From Deferrisomatales bacterium (GTDB taxonomy: Bacteria > Desulfobacterota > Deferrisomatia > Deferrisomatales > JACRMM01): 51,920 nt of DNA. The stretch covers positions 1-51,920 of the forward strand of contig JAWSUI010000026.1 in assembly GCA_033551855.1 (NCBI GenBank). The letters are read 5' to 3'. Positions 19,095-29,404 of this stretch are shown here, in pieces (the stretch's first letter is position 1; every line of letters begins with the position of its first letter). The notes beneath the pieces were generated by a model. It saw nothing but the letters and a program-made list of their open reading frames with translations, had not been told where the DNA came from and searched no databases. Both the position numbers and the translations under genes were made by a program.

Positions 19095-19799
19095 CTACGC
19101 GTCCCCCACCTTTTTCGCCACCTCGCGCACGTTGTCGTCGTCCTTGATGCAGACCGGATAGGCCGCGGGAAGCTTGTCGGGGAGGGTGAGGCCGGCGGTT
19201 GCGAACTCGCTGGTGATGACACCGGTGGGGCAGACCTCGAGGCAGGGCATCTCGCGGCCCTTGGCGCACTCGGGGCAGAGCTTGGCGGCGAGCTCCGGGT
19301 AGACGACCACTTGGCGCTCGGTTCCCCGGCCGATGAAGCCCAGCACGTTCCTGCCCTCCACCTCCGCGCATTGACGCACGCACAGGCCGCACAGGATGCA
19401 GTAGGTGGTGTGCTTCTGGAAACGGTCGGGGTCGGCCCCGTACCTCTCCAGGAGGGCGGGGTCCACCCGGTCCCACCGGGCCGCCAGGAGCTCGAGGATC
19501 AGCTTTCGGTGGTGGGCGATCTTGTCGGTCTCGGTCTGGACCTCGAGGCCTTCCTCCACCGGGTAGAGGCACGAGACGACCGTGCGAGAGCGCCGGCCCG
19601 CCATGACCTCCACGAGGCACAGGCGGCAGGAGCCGAACCCGGAGAGCTCCTCCAGATAGCACAGGGTGGGGATCTCGATGCCGGCCTCGCGCGCCGCCTG
19701 GAGGACGGTCATCCCTTCCCGGGCGTCCACGGGCCTGCCGTCGATGGTGAGCTTCACGGGGGCGCCGAGGGCTTCGGCAGGCGCTGCGGGTGGGGACAT
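19095..19799 (-). CDS. short NuoG/HydA-N-terminus-like Fe-S subunit (no catalytic domain)
   Basis: IPTLC...GSCRLCLVE...SC [2Fe-2S], CILCGLCVRQC, CPEC...CLEVCPTG; only 234 aa. Confidence 0.85.
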   Translation of the reverse strand: MSPPAAPAEALGAPVKLTIDGRPVDAREGMTVLQAAREAGIEIPTLCYLEELSGFGSCRLCLVEVMAGRRSRTVVSCLYPVEEGLEVQTETDKIAHHRKLILELLAARWDRVDPALLERYGADPDRFQKHTTYCILCGLCVRQCAEVEGRNVLGFIGRGTERQVVVYPELAAKLCPECAKGREMPCLEVCPTGVITSEFATAGLTLPDKLPAAYPVCIKDDDNVREVAKKVGDA

Positions 19800-19848
19800 G
19801 GGGAGACCTCTTCGGACGGGATCACGTAGCTGGGTGAAGAGCATTTTA

Positions 19849-20026
19849 GACGGGATAACGGGATGGACGGGATGGCATAAGGAGAGGACCCATCCTGAGT
19901 ATCCTGTCATCCTGTCAAGATTTGTCTTCGGCTTCAAACAAGAAAAAACAACCTTTCGACAGGATAACAGGATGGGCAGGATGACCCGTCAAGAGAACCT
20001 TATCCAGAAAATCCCGTAATCCCGTC
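19849..20026. repeat. two GACRGGAT-family inverted-repeat units (family A)
   Basis: GACGGGATAACGGGATGGACGGGATG...CATCCTGAGTATCCTGTCATCCTGTC, then GACAGGATAACAGGATGGGCAGGATG...ATCCAGAAAATCCCGTAATCCCGTC. Confidence 0.88.
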
Positions 20027-21965
20027 AAATTTGTTCTTTCTCTACCCCCTTCTTCCCCTTCGCGGCCCGCACCGCGAGGTCCTCCGGCGGGGTGGGGACG
20101 GGAGTGCCGGAGAGCTTGGTGACCGCGCGGGTCTTGGGGGGGCAGACCTGGAAGCAGGTGTCGCACTTGGTGCACAGGGACTGGTCCACCACGTGGATCT
20201 GCTTCTTCTCGCCGGCGATCGCGCCCACCGGACAGTTCTTCTTGCACAGCCCGCAGGCGATGCACTTGTCCGGGTCGACCCAGTAGCTCGTCAGGGCCTT
20301 GCACACGAGCGCGGGGCAGCGCTTCTCCTCCACGTGGGCGATGTACTCGTCGCGGAAGTACCGGATGGAGGAGAGTACCGGGTTCGGGGCGCTCTGGCCC
20401 AGGGCGCACAGGGACGCGTCCTGCACAGTGGTGGAGAGATCCTCCAGGAGCTCCACGTCACCCTTTCGCCCCTCGCCCTTCACCATCCGGGTGAGGATCT
20501 GGAGCATCTGCCACACGCCCTCGCGGCAGGGCACGCACTTGCCGCAGGACTCGTCGGCCAGGAACTCGAGGAAGTACTTGGCCACGTCGGGCATGCAGGT
20601 GTTGTCGTCCATGACGATCATGCCGCCAGAGCCCATCATCGAGCCCACCTTGGTGAGCTCGTCGAAGTCCACCGGCAGGTCGAGCATGCTCTCGGGGATC
20701 ACGCCCCCTGAGGGGCCGCCGGTCTGCACGGCCTTGAACGTGCGACCCTCGCGGATGCCGCCGCCGATGTCGAAGACGATGCGGCGCAGGCTCATCCCCA
20801 TGGGCACTTCCACGAGGCCCGTGTTGTTCACCTTGCCCACGAGTGAGAAGACCTTGGTGCCCTTGCTCCCCTCGGTGCCGATGCCGGCGAACCACTCGGC
20901 GCCGCGGCTGATGATGGGAGGCACGTTGGCCCAGGTTTCCACGTTGTTCAGGTTCGAGGGCTTGTCGAAGAGGCCCTTGACCGAGGTGCGGATGTACTTG
21001 GGCCGGGGCTCGCCCACTTTGCCCTCGATGGAGCTCATCAGCGCGCTCGACTCGCCCGAGACGAAGGCCCCGGCGCCCCGGTAGATGAGGATCTCGAAGG
21101 AGAACCCGGTGCCCAGGATGTTCTCGCCCAGGAGCCCGGCCTCGTGGAGGTCGTCCAGAGCCCCGATCAGGTTTTCCACCGCCAGGGGGTACTCCTGGCG
21201 CACGTACACGTAGCCGGTGCGGGCGCCGATGGCGTAGCCGCCGATGATGAACCCCTCGAGCACCGAGTGGGGGTTGCCCTCCAGGATCGACCGGTCCATG
21301 TAGGCCCCGGGGTCGCCCTCGTCGGCGTTCACGAGCACGTAGCGCTCGTCGCCGGGGGCGTTGCGGGTGGTCTCCCACTTGACGCCGGCAGGGAACCCGG
21401 CCCCGCCCCGGCCCCGGAGGTTCGACTTCTTGACCTCGGCCACCACCTGCTCGGGGGTCATGGACCCCAGCGCCTTGGCCAGCGCCCCGTAGCCCCCCAC
21501 GGCCAGGTAGTCGTCCAGGTTCGTGGGGTCGATCTTCAGGTTGTCGTGGAAGAGCAGCCGGGTCTGGTGCTTGTAGAAGGGGATGTCGTTTTCGTGGACG
21601 ACCCGCTCGCCGGCGTCCGTCCGGTAGAGGAGCCGCTCCAAGACCTTGCCCCCGACGAGGGTCTCGGCCACGATCTCGGGGACGTCCTCGACCTTCACCT
21701 TGAGGTAGCAGGTCTCCTCGGGGACCATGACCACGATGGGCCCCCGCTCGCAGAACCCGTGGCACCCGGTGCGGCGCACGTCCACCGTTTCCGTCAGGCC
21801 CCTGGCCCCGATCTCGGCCTGGAAGGCCTGGGCCACCTTCTCGCTCTGGTAGGCCCGGCACCCGGTGCCGGAACAGATCGTGACGCAGGGCTTCTTGGGG
21901 TCTCGCTTCGCCAGCACTTCCTGGCGGTAGCGCTCCAGGTCTTCCAGGGAGGTCAGTCGGGCCAT
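20025..21965 (-). CDS. long HydB/NuoF-like NADH/FMN-binding subunit
   Basis: N-terminal thioredoxin-like [2Fe-2S] (CSGTGC, GCHGFC), LRGRGGAGFP, NADEGDPGAYMDR, GAGAFVSGE, ESCGKCVPCR, C-terminal 2x[4Fe-4S]. Confidence 0.92.
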   Translation of the reverse strand: MARLTSLEDLERYRQEVLAKRDPKKPCVTICSGTGCRAYQSEKVAQAFQAEIGARGLTETVDVRRTGCHGFCERGPIVVMVPEETCYLKVKVEDVPEIVAETLVGGKVLERLLYRTDAGERVVHENDIPFYKHQTRLLFHDNLKIDPTNLDDYLAVGGYGALAKALGSMTPEQVVAEVKKSNLRGRGGAGFPAGVKWETTRNAPGDERYVLVNADEGDPGAYMDRSILEGNPHSVLEGFIIGGYAIGARTGYVYVRQEYPLAVENLIGALDDLHEAGLLGENILGTGFSFEILIYRGAGAFVSGESSALMSSIEGKVGEPRPKYIRTSVKGLFDKPSNLNNVETWANVPPIISRGAEWFAGIGTEGSKGTKVFSLVGKVNNTGLVEVPMGMSLRRIVFDIGGGIREGRTFKAVQTGGPSGGVIPESMLDLPVDFDELTKVGSMMGSGGMIVMDDNTCMPDVAKYFLEFLADESCGKCVPCREGVWQMLQILTRMVKGEGRKGDVELLEDLSTTVQDASLCALGQSAPNPVLSSIRYFRDEYIAHVEEKRCPALVCKALTSYWVDPDKCIACGLCKKNCPVGAIAGEKKQIHVVDQSLCTKCDTCFQVCPPKTRAVTKLSGTPVPTPPEDLAVRAAKGKKGVEKEQI

Positions 21966-22015
21966 GGGTTCTCCACGGGGTGCCGTACGGTCTGGGTACA
22001 TGCCGGGGCGAGGAT

Positions 22016-22052
22016 CCCCTCACCCTTCCCTCTCCCCGAGGGGGACAGGGGA
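22016..22052. repeat. REP-like hairpin CCCCTCACCC...CCCTCTCCCC-GA-GGGGGACAGGG
   Basis: Imperfect GC-rich palindrome in the nuoE-like/nuoF-like junction. Confidence 0.65.
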
Positions 22053-22063
22053 TCGAAGAGGCG

Positions 22064-22525
22064 CTACTCGCAGGCCTCGCAGACCTTCTCCAACTCCTCG
22101 GTGGTGGGGTTCGAGAGGTACTCGCCGTCCACGGTCATCACCGGCCCCAGGGCACAGCAGCCGACGCAGTTGACCGTGTGCAGCGAGAACTTGTCGTCCT
22201 TCGAGGTCCCCCCGGCCTGGATCCCCACGACGTTCGAAACCCGGTCCAGGAGCTTCTGGGCGCCGCGCACGTGGCAGGCGGTGCCCACGCACACCGACAT
22301 CTGGTGGCGCCCCTGGGGAACCAGGCTGAAGTGCTTGTAGAAGGTGGCAACGTTGTAGATCTCGCGCAGGGTCACCCCCAGGCGGTCGGAGACACGTGCG
22401 AGGACGTTGCGGGGCAACCAGCGAAGCTCCTTCTGCACGTCCAAGAGGATCTGCACCAGCGCTTCCCGCTTGGCACCGTAGCGGTCGATGATCTGGTCGA
22501 CCGGCATCAGTTTGGGATCGAGCAA
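22064..22525 (-). CDS. HydC/NuoE-like [2Fe-2S] subunit
   Basis: VATFYKHF, CVGTACHVRG, VNCVGCCALGPVM; TTG start after GGAGG (ATG 22507 alternative). Confidence 0.92.
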   Translation of the reverse strand: MLDPKLMPVDQIIDRYGAKREALVQILLDVQKELRWLPRNVLARVSDRLGVTLREIYNVATFYKHFSLVPQGRHQMSVCVGTACHVRGAQKLLDRVSNVVGIQAGGTSKDDKFSLHTVNCVGCCALGPVMTVDGEYLSNPTTEELEKVCEACE

Positions 22526-22551
22526 GGGATACCTCCGGAGCAAGTCTTTTT

Positions 22552-22742
22552 GACGGGATAACAGGATCGACTGGATTTGAAAAAGCCCATCAATGAATCC
22601 CTACCATAATCCGGTTCGTCTCGTTATACCGTGCAAGACAGAAGTCTCTTTCTTGACATGACAGGATTGACAGGATGCTGAAGGAACCAAGACCGAACCA
22701 AATTGATTTGGACTCTAATCCTGTTCATCCTGTTATCCCGTC
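22552..22742. repeat. two GACRGGAT-family inverted-repeat units (family A)
   Basis: GACGGGATAACAGGATCGACTGGATT, degenerate partner arm, GACAGGATTGACAGGATG and AATCCTGTTCATCCTGTTATCCCGTC. Confidence 0.85.
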
Positions 22743-22764
22743 AAAACAGCCTTTCCTGTCCTTT

Positions 22765-23631
<867 letters not shown>

Positions 23632-23658
23632 GGGGCACCTTTCTCGTCACTTGGTTCT

Positions 23659-23698
23659 CACAGGACCTATAGGTCCTATAGGTCTCATAGGTCCTATG
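23659..23698. repeat. 9-bp tandem repeat ATAGG[AT]CCT (family B), includes sucC stop codon
   Basis: CACAGGACCTATAGGTCCTATAGGTCTCATAGGTCCTATG. Confidence 0.85.
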
Positions 23699-24863
23699 CC
23701 TTGGCCTTCGCCGCGGCCACCACCTTCTCGGCCGCCTCGCTCATGGTCTCGGCGGTGATGATGGGCAGGCCGCTCTCGGCCAGCATCTTGCGGCCCAGGT
23801 CCACGTTGGTGCCCTGGAGGCGCACTACCAGGGGGCGGTCGAGGTGCACGGTCTTGGCGGCGGCAATGATGCCCTCGGCGATGGTGTCGCAGCGCATGAT
23901 GCCGCCGAAGATGTTCACCAGCACCGCCTTGACGTTGGCATCGGAGAGGATCAGCCGGAACGCGTTGGTCACCTGCTCGGCGCTGGCGCCACCGCCCACG
24001 TCGAGGAAGTTGGCCGGCGCCGCCCCGTGGAGCTTAATGATGTCCATGGTGGCCATGGCCAGGCCCGCGCCGTTGACCATGCAGCCGATAGAGCCGTCGA
24101 GGCTGATGTAGCTGAGGTCGAACTTGGAGGCCTCGAGCTCCCGGGGGTCCTCCTCCGTCTCGTCCCGCAGGGCGGCCAGGTCCTTGTGGCGGAACAAGGC
24201 GTTGTTGTCGAAGTTCATCTTGGCGTCGAGCGCCAGCACGTCGCCCTGCTTCGTCACCACCAGGGGGTTGATCTCGAGCATGCTCGCGTCGGTCTCGAGG
24301 AAGGCGCGATAGAGGGCGGCCATGAACTTCTGGCCGTTCTTCAGGGCGTCGCCCTCGAGCCCAAGGCCGTAGGCGAGCTTGCGGGCATGGAAGGGCTGGA
24401 ACCCGGCGGCTGGGTCCACCGCCTGCTTGAGGATCTTCTCGGGGGTCTTGGCCGCCATCTCCTCGATCTCCATCCCGCCTTCGGTGGATGCCATGAGAGT
24501 GGCGAGGCCGGTGGCTCGGTCGATCACCATCCCCAGATAGAGCTCCCGGGCGATGTCGCGACCCTCCTCCACGTAGACCTTGAGCACCTCCTTGCCCTGG
24601 GGCCCGGTCTGGTGGGTCACGAGCGTCCGGCCCAGGATGCCGCTCGCGGCGGCCCTGGCCTCGGCCGGGCTCTTCACCACCTTGACGCCCCCGGCCTTGC
24701 CCCGGCCCCCCGCGTGGATCTGGGCCTTGACCACCACCACGGGCGTGCCCAGGTCCTTGGCAGCTGCCTCGGCCTCGTCCGCGGTGGAGCAGACGACGCC
24801 CCGGGGCACGGGCACCCCGTACTTCTGCAAGACCTGCTTGGCCTGGTATTCGTGGATGTTCAT
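23694..24863 (-). CDS. sucC: succinyl-CoA synthetase beta subunit
   Basis: [56 protein letters not shown]. Confidence 0.96.
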   Translation of the reverse strand: MNIHEYQAKQVLQKYGVPVPRGVVCSTADEAEAAAKDLGTPVVVVKAQIHAGGRGKAGGVKVVKSPAEARAAASGILGRTLVTHQTGPQGKEVLKVYVEEGRDIARELYLGMVIDRATGLATLMASTEGGMEIEEMAAKTPEKILKQAVDPAAGFQPFHARKLAYGLGLEGDALKNGQKFMAALYRAFLETDASMLEINPLVVTKQGDVLALDAKMNFDNNALFRHKDLAALRDETEEDPRELEASKFDLSYISLDGSIGCMVNGAGLAMATMDIIKLHGAAPANFLDVGGGASAEQVTNAFRLILSDANVKAVLVNIFGGIMRCDTIAEGIIAAAKTVHLDRPLVVRLQGTNVDLGRKMLAESGLPIITAETMSEAAEKVVAAAKAKA

Positions 24864-24886
24864 GGCTGCTCCCTCGATAGGGTCGT

Positions 24887-24917
24887 CATAGGTCGCATAG
24901 GTCCTACAGGACCTATG
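24887..24917. repeat. 9-bp tandem repeat family B
   Basis: CATAGGTCGCATAGGTCCTACAGGACCTATG. Confidence 0.8.
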
Positions 24918-24925
24918 GAGATCTC

Positions 24926-26602
24926 CTACCTCATGGTTCCCACGTAGCAGGCGGTGAGCTGGCGCTGGCGCACGTCGTCGGTGGTGTAGTCGGGCAGCAG
25001 CATGGGGGAGATGCGGGTGCGCTCGACGCCCGCGGCCTCGAGCTCGCGGATGTAGTCGCGCACGTGGTCGAGCTTCGGCTCCCCCGAGTCGCCCTCCAGG
25101 CTCTTCACGTAGGCGGCGGCGTTGATGCCCGCCCGCCGGCCGAAGACCAGGATGTCGAGGAGCGAGTTGCCCATGAGGCGGTTCTCGCCGTGCACTCCCC
25201 CGCTGGTCTCCCCGGCGGCGTAGAGCCCCGGCACGCCGGTCTCGGCGTCCTGGTCGATCTTGATCCCGCCGTTCTGGTAGTGCAGCGTCGGGTAGATGAG
25301 CATCGGCTCCTTGCGGATGTCGATGCCGTACCGGATGAATTGCATGTACTTGGCTGGGAGCTCCCGCTCCACGGCGCCGGGCCCCTCGAGCTCCTCGATC
25401 ATCGGGGAGTCGAGCCACACCCCAAGCCGGCCGACCGGCGTGCGGATCCCGAGCCCTCGCTCCGCGCACTCCCGGATGATCGCGGCGCTCTCCACATCCC
25501 GGGGCTCGCGCTCGAAGACGAACTGCTCGCCCTTGATGTTCAGGAGGTTCGCCCCGAGGCCCCGGACCTTCTCGGTGATGAGGAGGCCCACGTTCTGCTC
25601 GGGGTACGCCGCGCCCGTGGGGTGATACTGCGTGGAATGGAGGAAGTCCATGGGCACGCCGGCCCGGTAGGCCAGCACCAGGCCGTCGGCCGTGGCACCG
25701 TAGTGGTTCGTGCAGGCAAAACCCTGGATATGGAGCCTCCCGTTCCCGCCCGTGGCGAGCACCACTGCCTTGGAGCGAATCACGAAGTACTCCTCGGTCT
25801 CCAGGTTGTACATCAGGGCCCCGCAGGCGCGGCCCTTGGCGTCCTTGAGGATCTCCACCGCCGCCGAGAACTCCATGATCTCGATGGCGTCCCGGCGGTT
25901 TCGAGCCTCGTCGCGCACGACCCGCATGATCTCCGACCCGGTCATGTCGCCCGCCGAGTGCATCCGTTTGCGGCTGGTGCCGCCCCCGTGGCGCACCAGC
26001 ATCCGGCCGTCGGTCCGCTTGTCGAACATCATGCCGAGCTTCTCGAGCCAGGAGATGACCAGCGGGGCGTCCCGGGTGAGGGCGGCCAGGAGGTACGGCC
26101 GGTTGGTGAAGTGGCCGCCCCCCAGGGTGTCGATGAAGTGGAAGTAGGGGCTGTCCACCTCGTGGTCGGCGCCCTGGATGCCGCCCTCGGCCATGACCGT
26201 GTTGGCGTCGCCGTGGCGCAGCTTGGTCGCCAGGATGACCTGGGCCCCGTTCTCCGCCGCGAGAAGCGCCGCCGCGGTGCCGCCCCCGCCGCCTCCCACC
26301 ACCAGCACGTCCGTGGTGTACTTGGGCAGGAGCGAGAAGTCCACCTGCTCCGGGTGGATCCGGGGATAGGCCTCGAAGAGGTCCACGATCTCCTCGGGGT
26401 ACACGTCGCCCTTGTTGGGGCCGAGCTTCACGGCCCGCCGTCCCTCGTCCATGTAGTCGGGGTGGAACTTCTTGAGAACGTCCGCCCGCTCGTCCAAGGT
26501 CATGGGCGTGAAGTACTCTCCCCGGCGCGTCTTCTCGATGCGCTCGGCGCGGGTGGCCTCGACCCGCTTAATCAGCTCTTTCATCTCCGGCGTGTAGCCC
26601 AT
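24926..26602 (-). CDS. soluble fumarate reductase/succinate dehydrogenase-family flavoprotein (TfrA-like)
   Basis: [49 protein letters not shown]; about 95-aa N-terminal extension, short C-terminus. Confidence 0.88.
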   Translation of the reverse strand: MGYTPEMKELIKRVEATRAERIEKTRRGEYFTPMTLDERADVLKKFHPDYMDEGRRAVKLGPNKGDVYPEEIVDLFEAYPRIHPEQVDFSLLPKYTTDVLVVGGGGGGTAAALLAAENGAQVILATKLRHGDANTVMAEGGIQGADHEVDSPYFHFIDTLGGGHFTNRPYLLAALTRDAPLVISWLEKLGMMFDKRTDGRMLVRHGGGTSRKRMHSAGDMTGSEIMRVVRDEARNRRDAIEIMEFSAAVEILKDAKGRACGALMYNLETEEYFVIRSKAVVLATGGNGRLHIQGFACTNHYGATADGLVLAYRAGVPMDFLHSTQYHPTGAAYPEQNVGLLITEKVRGLGANLLNIKGEQFVFEREPRDVESAAIIRECAERGLGIRTPVGRLGVWLDSPMIEELEGPGAVERELPAKYMQFIRYGIDIRKEPMLIYPTLHYQNGGIKIDQDAETGVPGLYAAGETSGGVHGENRLMGNSLLDILVFGRRAGINAAAYVKSLEGDSGEPKLDHVRDYIRELEAAGVERTRISPMLLPDYTTDDVRQRQLTACYVGTMR

Positions 26603-26620
26603 TCTTTGCTCCTTGTTCTC

Positions 26621-26659
26621 GTCCGACCTGTCGGACCCGTCGGACCCGTCAGACCGGTC
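26621..26659. repeat. 9-bp tandem repeat GTC[CG]GACC[TC] (family C)
   Basis: GTCCGACCTGTCGGACCCGTCGGACCCGTCAGACCGGTC. Confidence 0.8.
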
Positions 26660-27442
26660 TTACAGATACGTCTTGTCCTTCGGCTCCCAGCCCGCCGAGT
26701 CGAGAGGCTCGGGCTCCCGGGCCACGTAGAGCTTGCGCAGCTCGTCCTCCGGTTTCTGGGCGAGCTCCTCCAGCATCTTGTCGTAGCGGCCGGCGAGAAT
26801 CTGCTCCACGCGGCTCTCCAGGTGCGCGGCCTCGGGGAGCACGTACCTGCCGTAGAGCCGGCGACAGAGCTGGGCCACGTGGTAGTGGGCGATCTGGGCC
26901 GGGCACCGGGCCGAGCACAGCCCGCACTGGATGCAGTCGAAGGAGACCTTTGCGGCCCGGGACGCGTCGCCCCGCATGGCCGCGTTGATGTACTCCATGA
27001 CGTCGATCTCCATCGGGCACGCCCGGGTGCAGGAGTTGCACCCCACGCACTTCATCACCTCGGGGTAGAGCATGCCCACCACGTCCCCGGAGCCCGAAAG
27101 GGCGTCCAGGTCGTACACCGCCTTGTTGGCCGGGAAGAAGGGGAGCTGCGCCAGCACCATGTTCTCCTCGATCACGGTCTGGCAGGCGAGCCCGAAGTGG
27201 AGCTGGTAATCCCCCTGCACGCGCCACACGGTAGGGCAGGCGCCGCAGATGCCGCCGCGGCACCCGCAGGCCCGGATGAACTGGTAACCGGCGTACTCGA
27301 TGGCCTTCTGGATGGTGAGCGTCTCGGGGAGCATGTACTTCTTCCCCATGACGTACACGGGGATCATCTTCGCCCCCTCGGGCAGGATCGTCCGGTCGCC
27401 GCTGGCGATCGTCTGGTGTCTCTTGGCAGCTTCCGCGGTCAT
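26660..27442 (-). CDS. fumarate reductase-type Fe-S subunit ([2Fe-2S] + 2x[4Fe-4S])
   Basis: CGCRGGICGAC...LACQT, CVGCNSCTRACP, CIQCGLCSARCP; GAGGAGG RBS. Confidence 0.85.
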   Translation of the reverse strand: MTAEAAKRHQTIASGDRTILPEGAKMIPVYVMGKKYMLPETLTIQKAIEYAGYQFIRACGCRGGICGACPTVWRVQGDYQLHFGLACQTVIEENMVLAQLPFFPANKAVYDLDALSGSGDVVGMLYPEVMKCVGCNSCTRACPMEIDVMEYINAAMRGDASRAAKVSFDCIQCGLCSARCPAQIAHYHVAQLCRRLYGRYVLPEAAHLESRVEQILAGRYDKMLEELAQKPEDELRKLYVAREPEPLDSAGWEPKDKTYL

Positions 27443-27458
27443 CGTTCCGACCTCCTCA

Positions 27459-27479
27459 GTAGGGTGGGCACCGCCCACC
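27459..27479. repeat. GTAG-type REP element
   Basis: GTAG followed by perfect hairpin GGTGGGC-ACC-GCCCACC. Confidence 0.75.
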
Positions 27480-27502
27480 GCTTTCTCTTCTTACTACGGC
27501 GA

Positions 27503-27596
27503 TCAGCTCTCAGCGTTCCGCCTCCAGCCAAACCTTCCCCTATCGATTCCGCTCCAGGCTGACGGCTGACCGCTGACCGCTGACAGCCGACGGCTA
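27503..27596. repeat. 7-bp tandem repeat GCTGACN (family D) with degenerate complementary arm
   Basis: GCTGACG GCTGACC GCTGACC GCTGACA GCCGACG GCTAG (27558-27596, overlaps upstream gene's stop); TCAGCTCTCAGC arm at 27503. Confidence 0.8.
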
Positions 27597-28727
27597 GTTG
27601 AACGCCCCCGACTCCTCCTCCAGCTCGTCCTCCCGGAAGACCGTGAGCGGGATGGGGTCTTCGAGGTCCCGGCCGGGCTCGTACTCGAGCATGCCCTGGA
27701 CGCCCTGGGCCACGCTGCGAAAGAGGGTCGCCACCGGCAGCCCCATGGGGCAGGCCGTGTCGCACAGGCCGCACCCGATGCAGGAGCTCGCCATGTGGTT
27801 GAGGCGCGTCAAGTGGAAGAGCGTCGTTTCGGCGGGCATCTTCTGCGCCCCCTTCCGCTCCGCCCACCGGGCGTAGAGCTCGCCCGGGTGATCGAAGGTG
27901 GGGGTCTTGAAGATGCACAGCTTGCAGTAGCAGATGGGGCAATTCTCCATGCAGTTGTAACAGCGGATGCAGGTCGCAAAGGCCTTCTTGAGGCCCTCGA
28001 GGCCCTTCGCGTCCGCCTGGAAGGAAGCAAACAGAGCGTCCCGGGCTTTCGTCCGCGCGGCCACGAGATCGGCCACCACCTTCCCCCGAGCTTCGACCCC
28101 GACTCCGTCGAAGGCCAGGAGTCCGGCCTTCTCTAGGGCCGCGGCGAGCTCGTCCTCCGCCTCCACGCCCATGGCCTCCCCCGCCACGGCCCCGAAAGCG
28201 TGCAGGCGCAGGTGGCCCCACTCCGCCGAGGGGTGCTCGCACACCGTGCACGCCGTGCGCAACGGCACGCCGTTGCCGGCGGGGGCGCCCGAGGCCATCG
28301 TGCCCAGGAGCTCGGCGCTCACGGCCGGGGCATCCTGGCCCGACTCGTGGAAGGCCTTGAGCTCGAAGGTGCCCGGGCAGTCCACGGTGACGAAGGTGAG
28401 GTTGCCCGGGGTGATCTGTTTGAGCTTGATCAGCTCCACCGCCGCCCTGGCCTCGCAGGGCCGGAGCAATACGGCCACACGGCGGCCGGGGTCGGTGAAG
28501 GTGAGCTGCTGCACCGCCCGCCCGCCCTGCACCGGCATCACCGGCGACCAGGGGTTGGCGCCCTCCACCCGGTCGGCCGACGCAAACAGGCTCAGCATGG
28601 TGGTCCCCGCCCCCGTCCGGGCCGGCACCAGGAGCTCGTCCACGACCTCCTTCTCGAGGAGGCCCTTCAGGAGCGCCTCCACCGCCTGGAGGGGGGCGCC
28701 GTTGGTGGGGAGAAGAGTCTTCTTCAT
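27594..28727 (-). CDS. FdhB/FrhB-like (F420 dehydrogenase beta-like) polyferredoxin subunit
   Basis: LRPCEARA.VEL.K, VDCPGT, CTVC, CIRCYNCMENCPICYCKLC, FHLTRLNHMASSCIGCGLCDTACP. Confidence 0.82.
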   Translation of the reverse strand: MKKTLLPTNGAPLQAVEALLKGLLEKEVVDELLVPARTGAGTTMLSLFASADRVEGANPWSPVMPVQGGRAVQQLTFTDPGRRVAVLLRPCEARAAVELIKLKQITPGNLTFVTVDCPGTFELKAFHESGQDAPAVSAELLGTMASGAPAGNGVPLRTACTVCEHPSAEWGHLRLHAFGAVAGEAMGVEAEDELAAALEKAGLLAFDGVGVEARGKVVADLVAARTKARDALFASFQADAKGLEGLKKAFATCIRCYNCMENCPICYCKLCIFKTPTFDHPGELYARWAERKGAQKMPAETTLFHLTRLNHMASSCIGCGLCDTACPMGLPVATLFRSVAQGVQGMLEYEPGRDLEDPIPLTVFREDELEEESGAFN

Positions 28728-28749
28728 GGGTTCCTCAAACCGTCTCTCA

Positions 28750-28811
28750 TAGGGCGGGGCTTGCCCCGCCGAAGGTCCAGGTATCGGTGCGGTGGGGCAA
28801 GCCCCGCCCTA
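28750..28811. repeat. REP doublet in inverted orientation (REPIN-like)
   Basis: TAGGGCGGGGCTTGCCCCGCCG ... CGGTGGGGCAAGCCCCGCCCTA. Confidence 0.82.
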
Positions 28812-28881
28812 CCCGCTACCCCTCCGAAGCGCGACGCATGATGTGGGGGTTTCCTTCCCGCCCCCCTGCACACATCCCCCT

Positions 28882-29328
28882 TCACACGTCCCAGTGTTGC
28901 TTGAACTCGCAGGGGCCGAGCTTCCGAATGGCCCCCGTCATCTCGGTGACGGTCTCGGCGAAGAGCCGCCCCTCGCTCGCGCTGATCCACCGCAGCCAAA
29001 TCCGCTCCTCGGGGATTCCGAGCTGGGAGAGGATGTTCCGCAGGATGGCCACCCGCCTGCGGGCCTTGAAGTTGCCCGACTGGTAGTGGCAGTCGCCCGG
29101 GTGGCACCCTCCGATGAGCACGCCGTCGGCCCCGTCCATCAGGGACTTCAGCGCGTACACCACGTCCATGGCCCCGGAGCACATGAGGTGGACCACGCGG
29201 ATGTTCGACGGGTACTGCTGGCGGGTGGTCCCCGCCAGATCCGCCCCCGTGTACGTGCACCAGTGGCAGAGAAAGGCCACGATGCGGGGTTCGAAGTCGG
29301 TGGAGGTAGCGACTGCCTGTGCCAACAT
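28882..29328 (-). CDS. mvhD: MvhD-type [2Fe-2S] subunit
   Basis: FLCHWCTYTGADLAG, MCSG, GADGVLIGGCHPGDCHYQSGN, WISASEG. Confidence 0.93.
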   Translation of the reverse strand: MLAQAVATSTDFEPRIVAFLCHWCTYTGADLAGTTRQQYPSNIRVVHLMCSGAMDVVYALKSLMDGADGVLIGGCHPGDCHYQSGNFKARRRVAILRNILSQLGIPEERIWLRWISASEGRLFAETVTEMTGAIRKLGPCEFKQHWDV

Positions 29329-29359
29329 GAATGCCTCAATGTTGTAGTTGAGTTCCACG

Positions 29360-29397
29360 TCCTATACGACCTATAGGACCTATAGGTCCTATAGGAC
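29360..29397. repeat. 9-bp tandem repeat family B
   Basis: TCCTATACGACCTATAGGACCTATAGGTCCTATAGGAC. Confidence 0.85.
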
Positions 29398-29404
29398 GAT
29401 CTTT

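Noticed and set aside
19095..22525. Respiratory complex I or a hydrogenase/FDH operon
   Set aside because: No membrane Nuo subunits, no NiFe large subunit, H-cluster or molybdopterin domain; the G-like subunit is only 234 aa
23694..25469. Apparent N-terminal fusions on sucC (and on hdrA to 32881, fumarase beta to 39955, RND from 42286)
   Set aside because: Extensions overlap upstream genes out of frame; family-typical starts lie downstream
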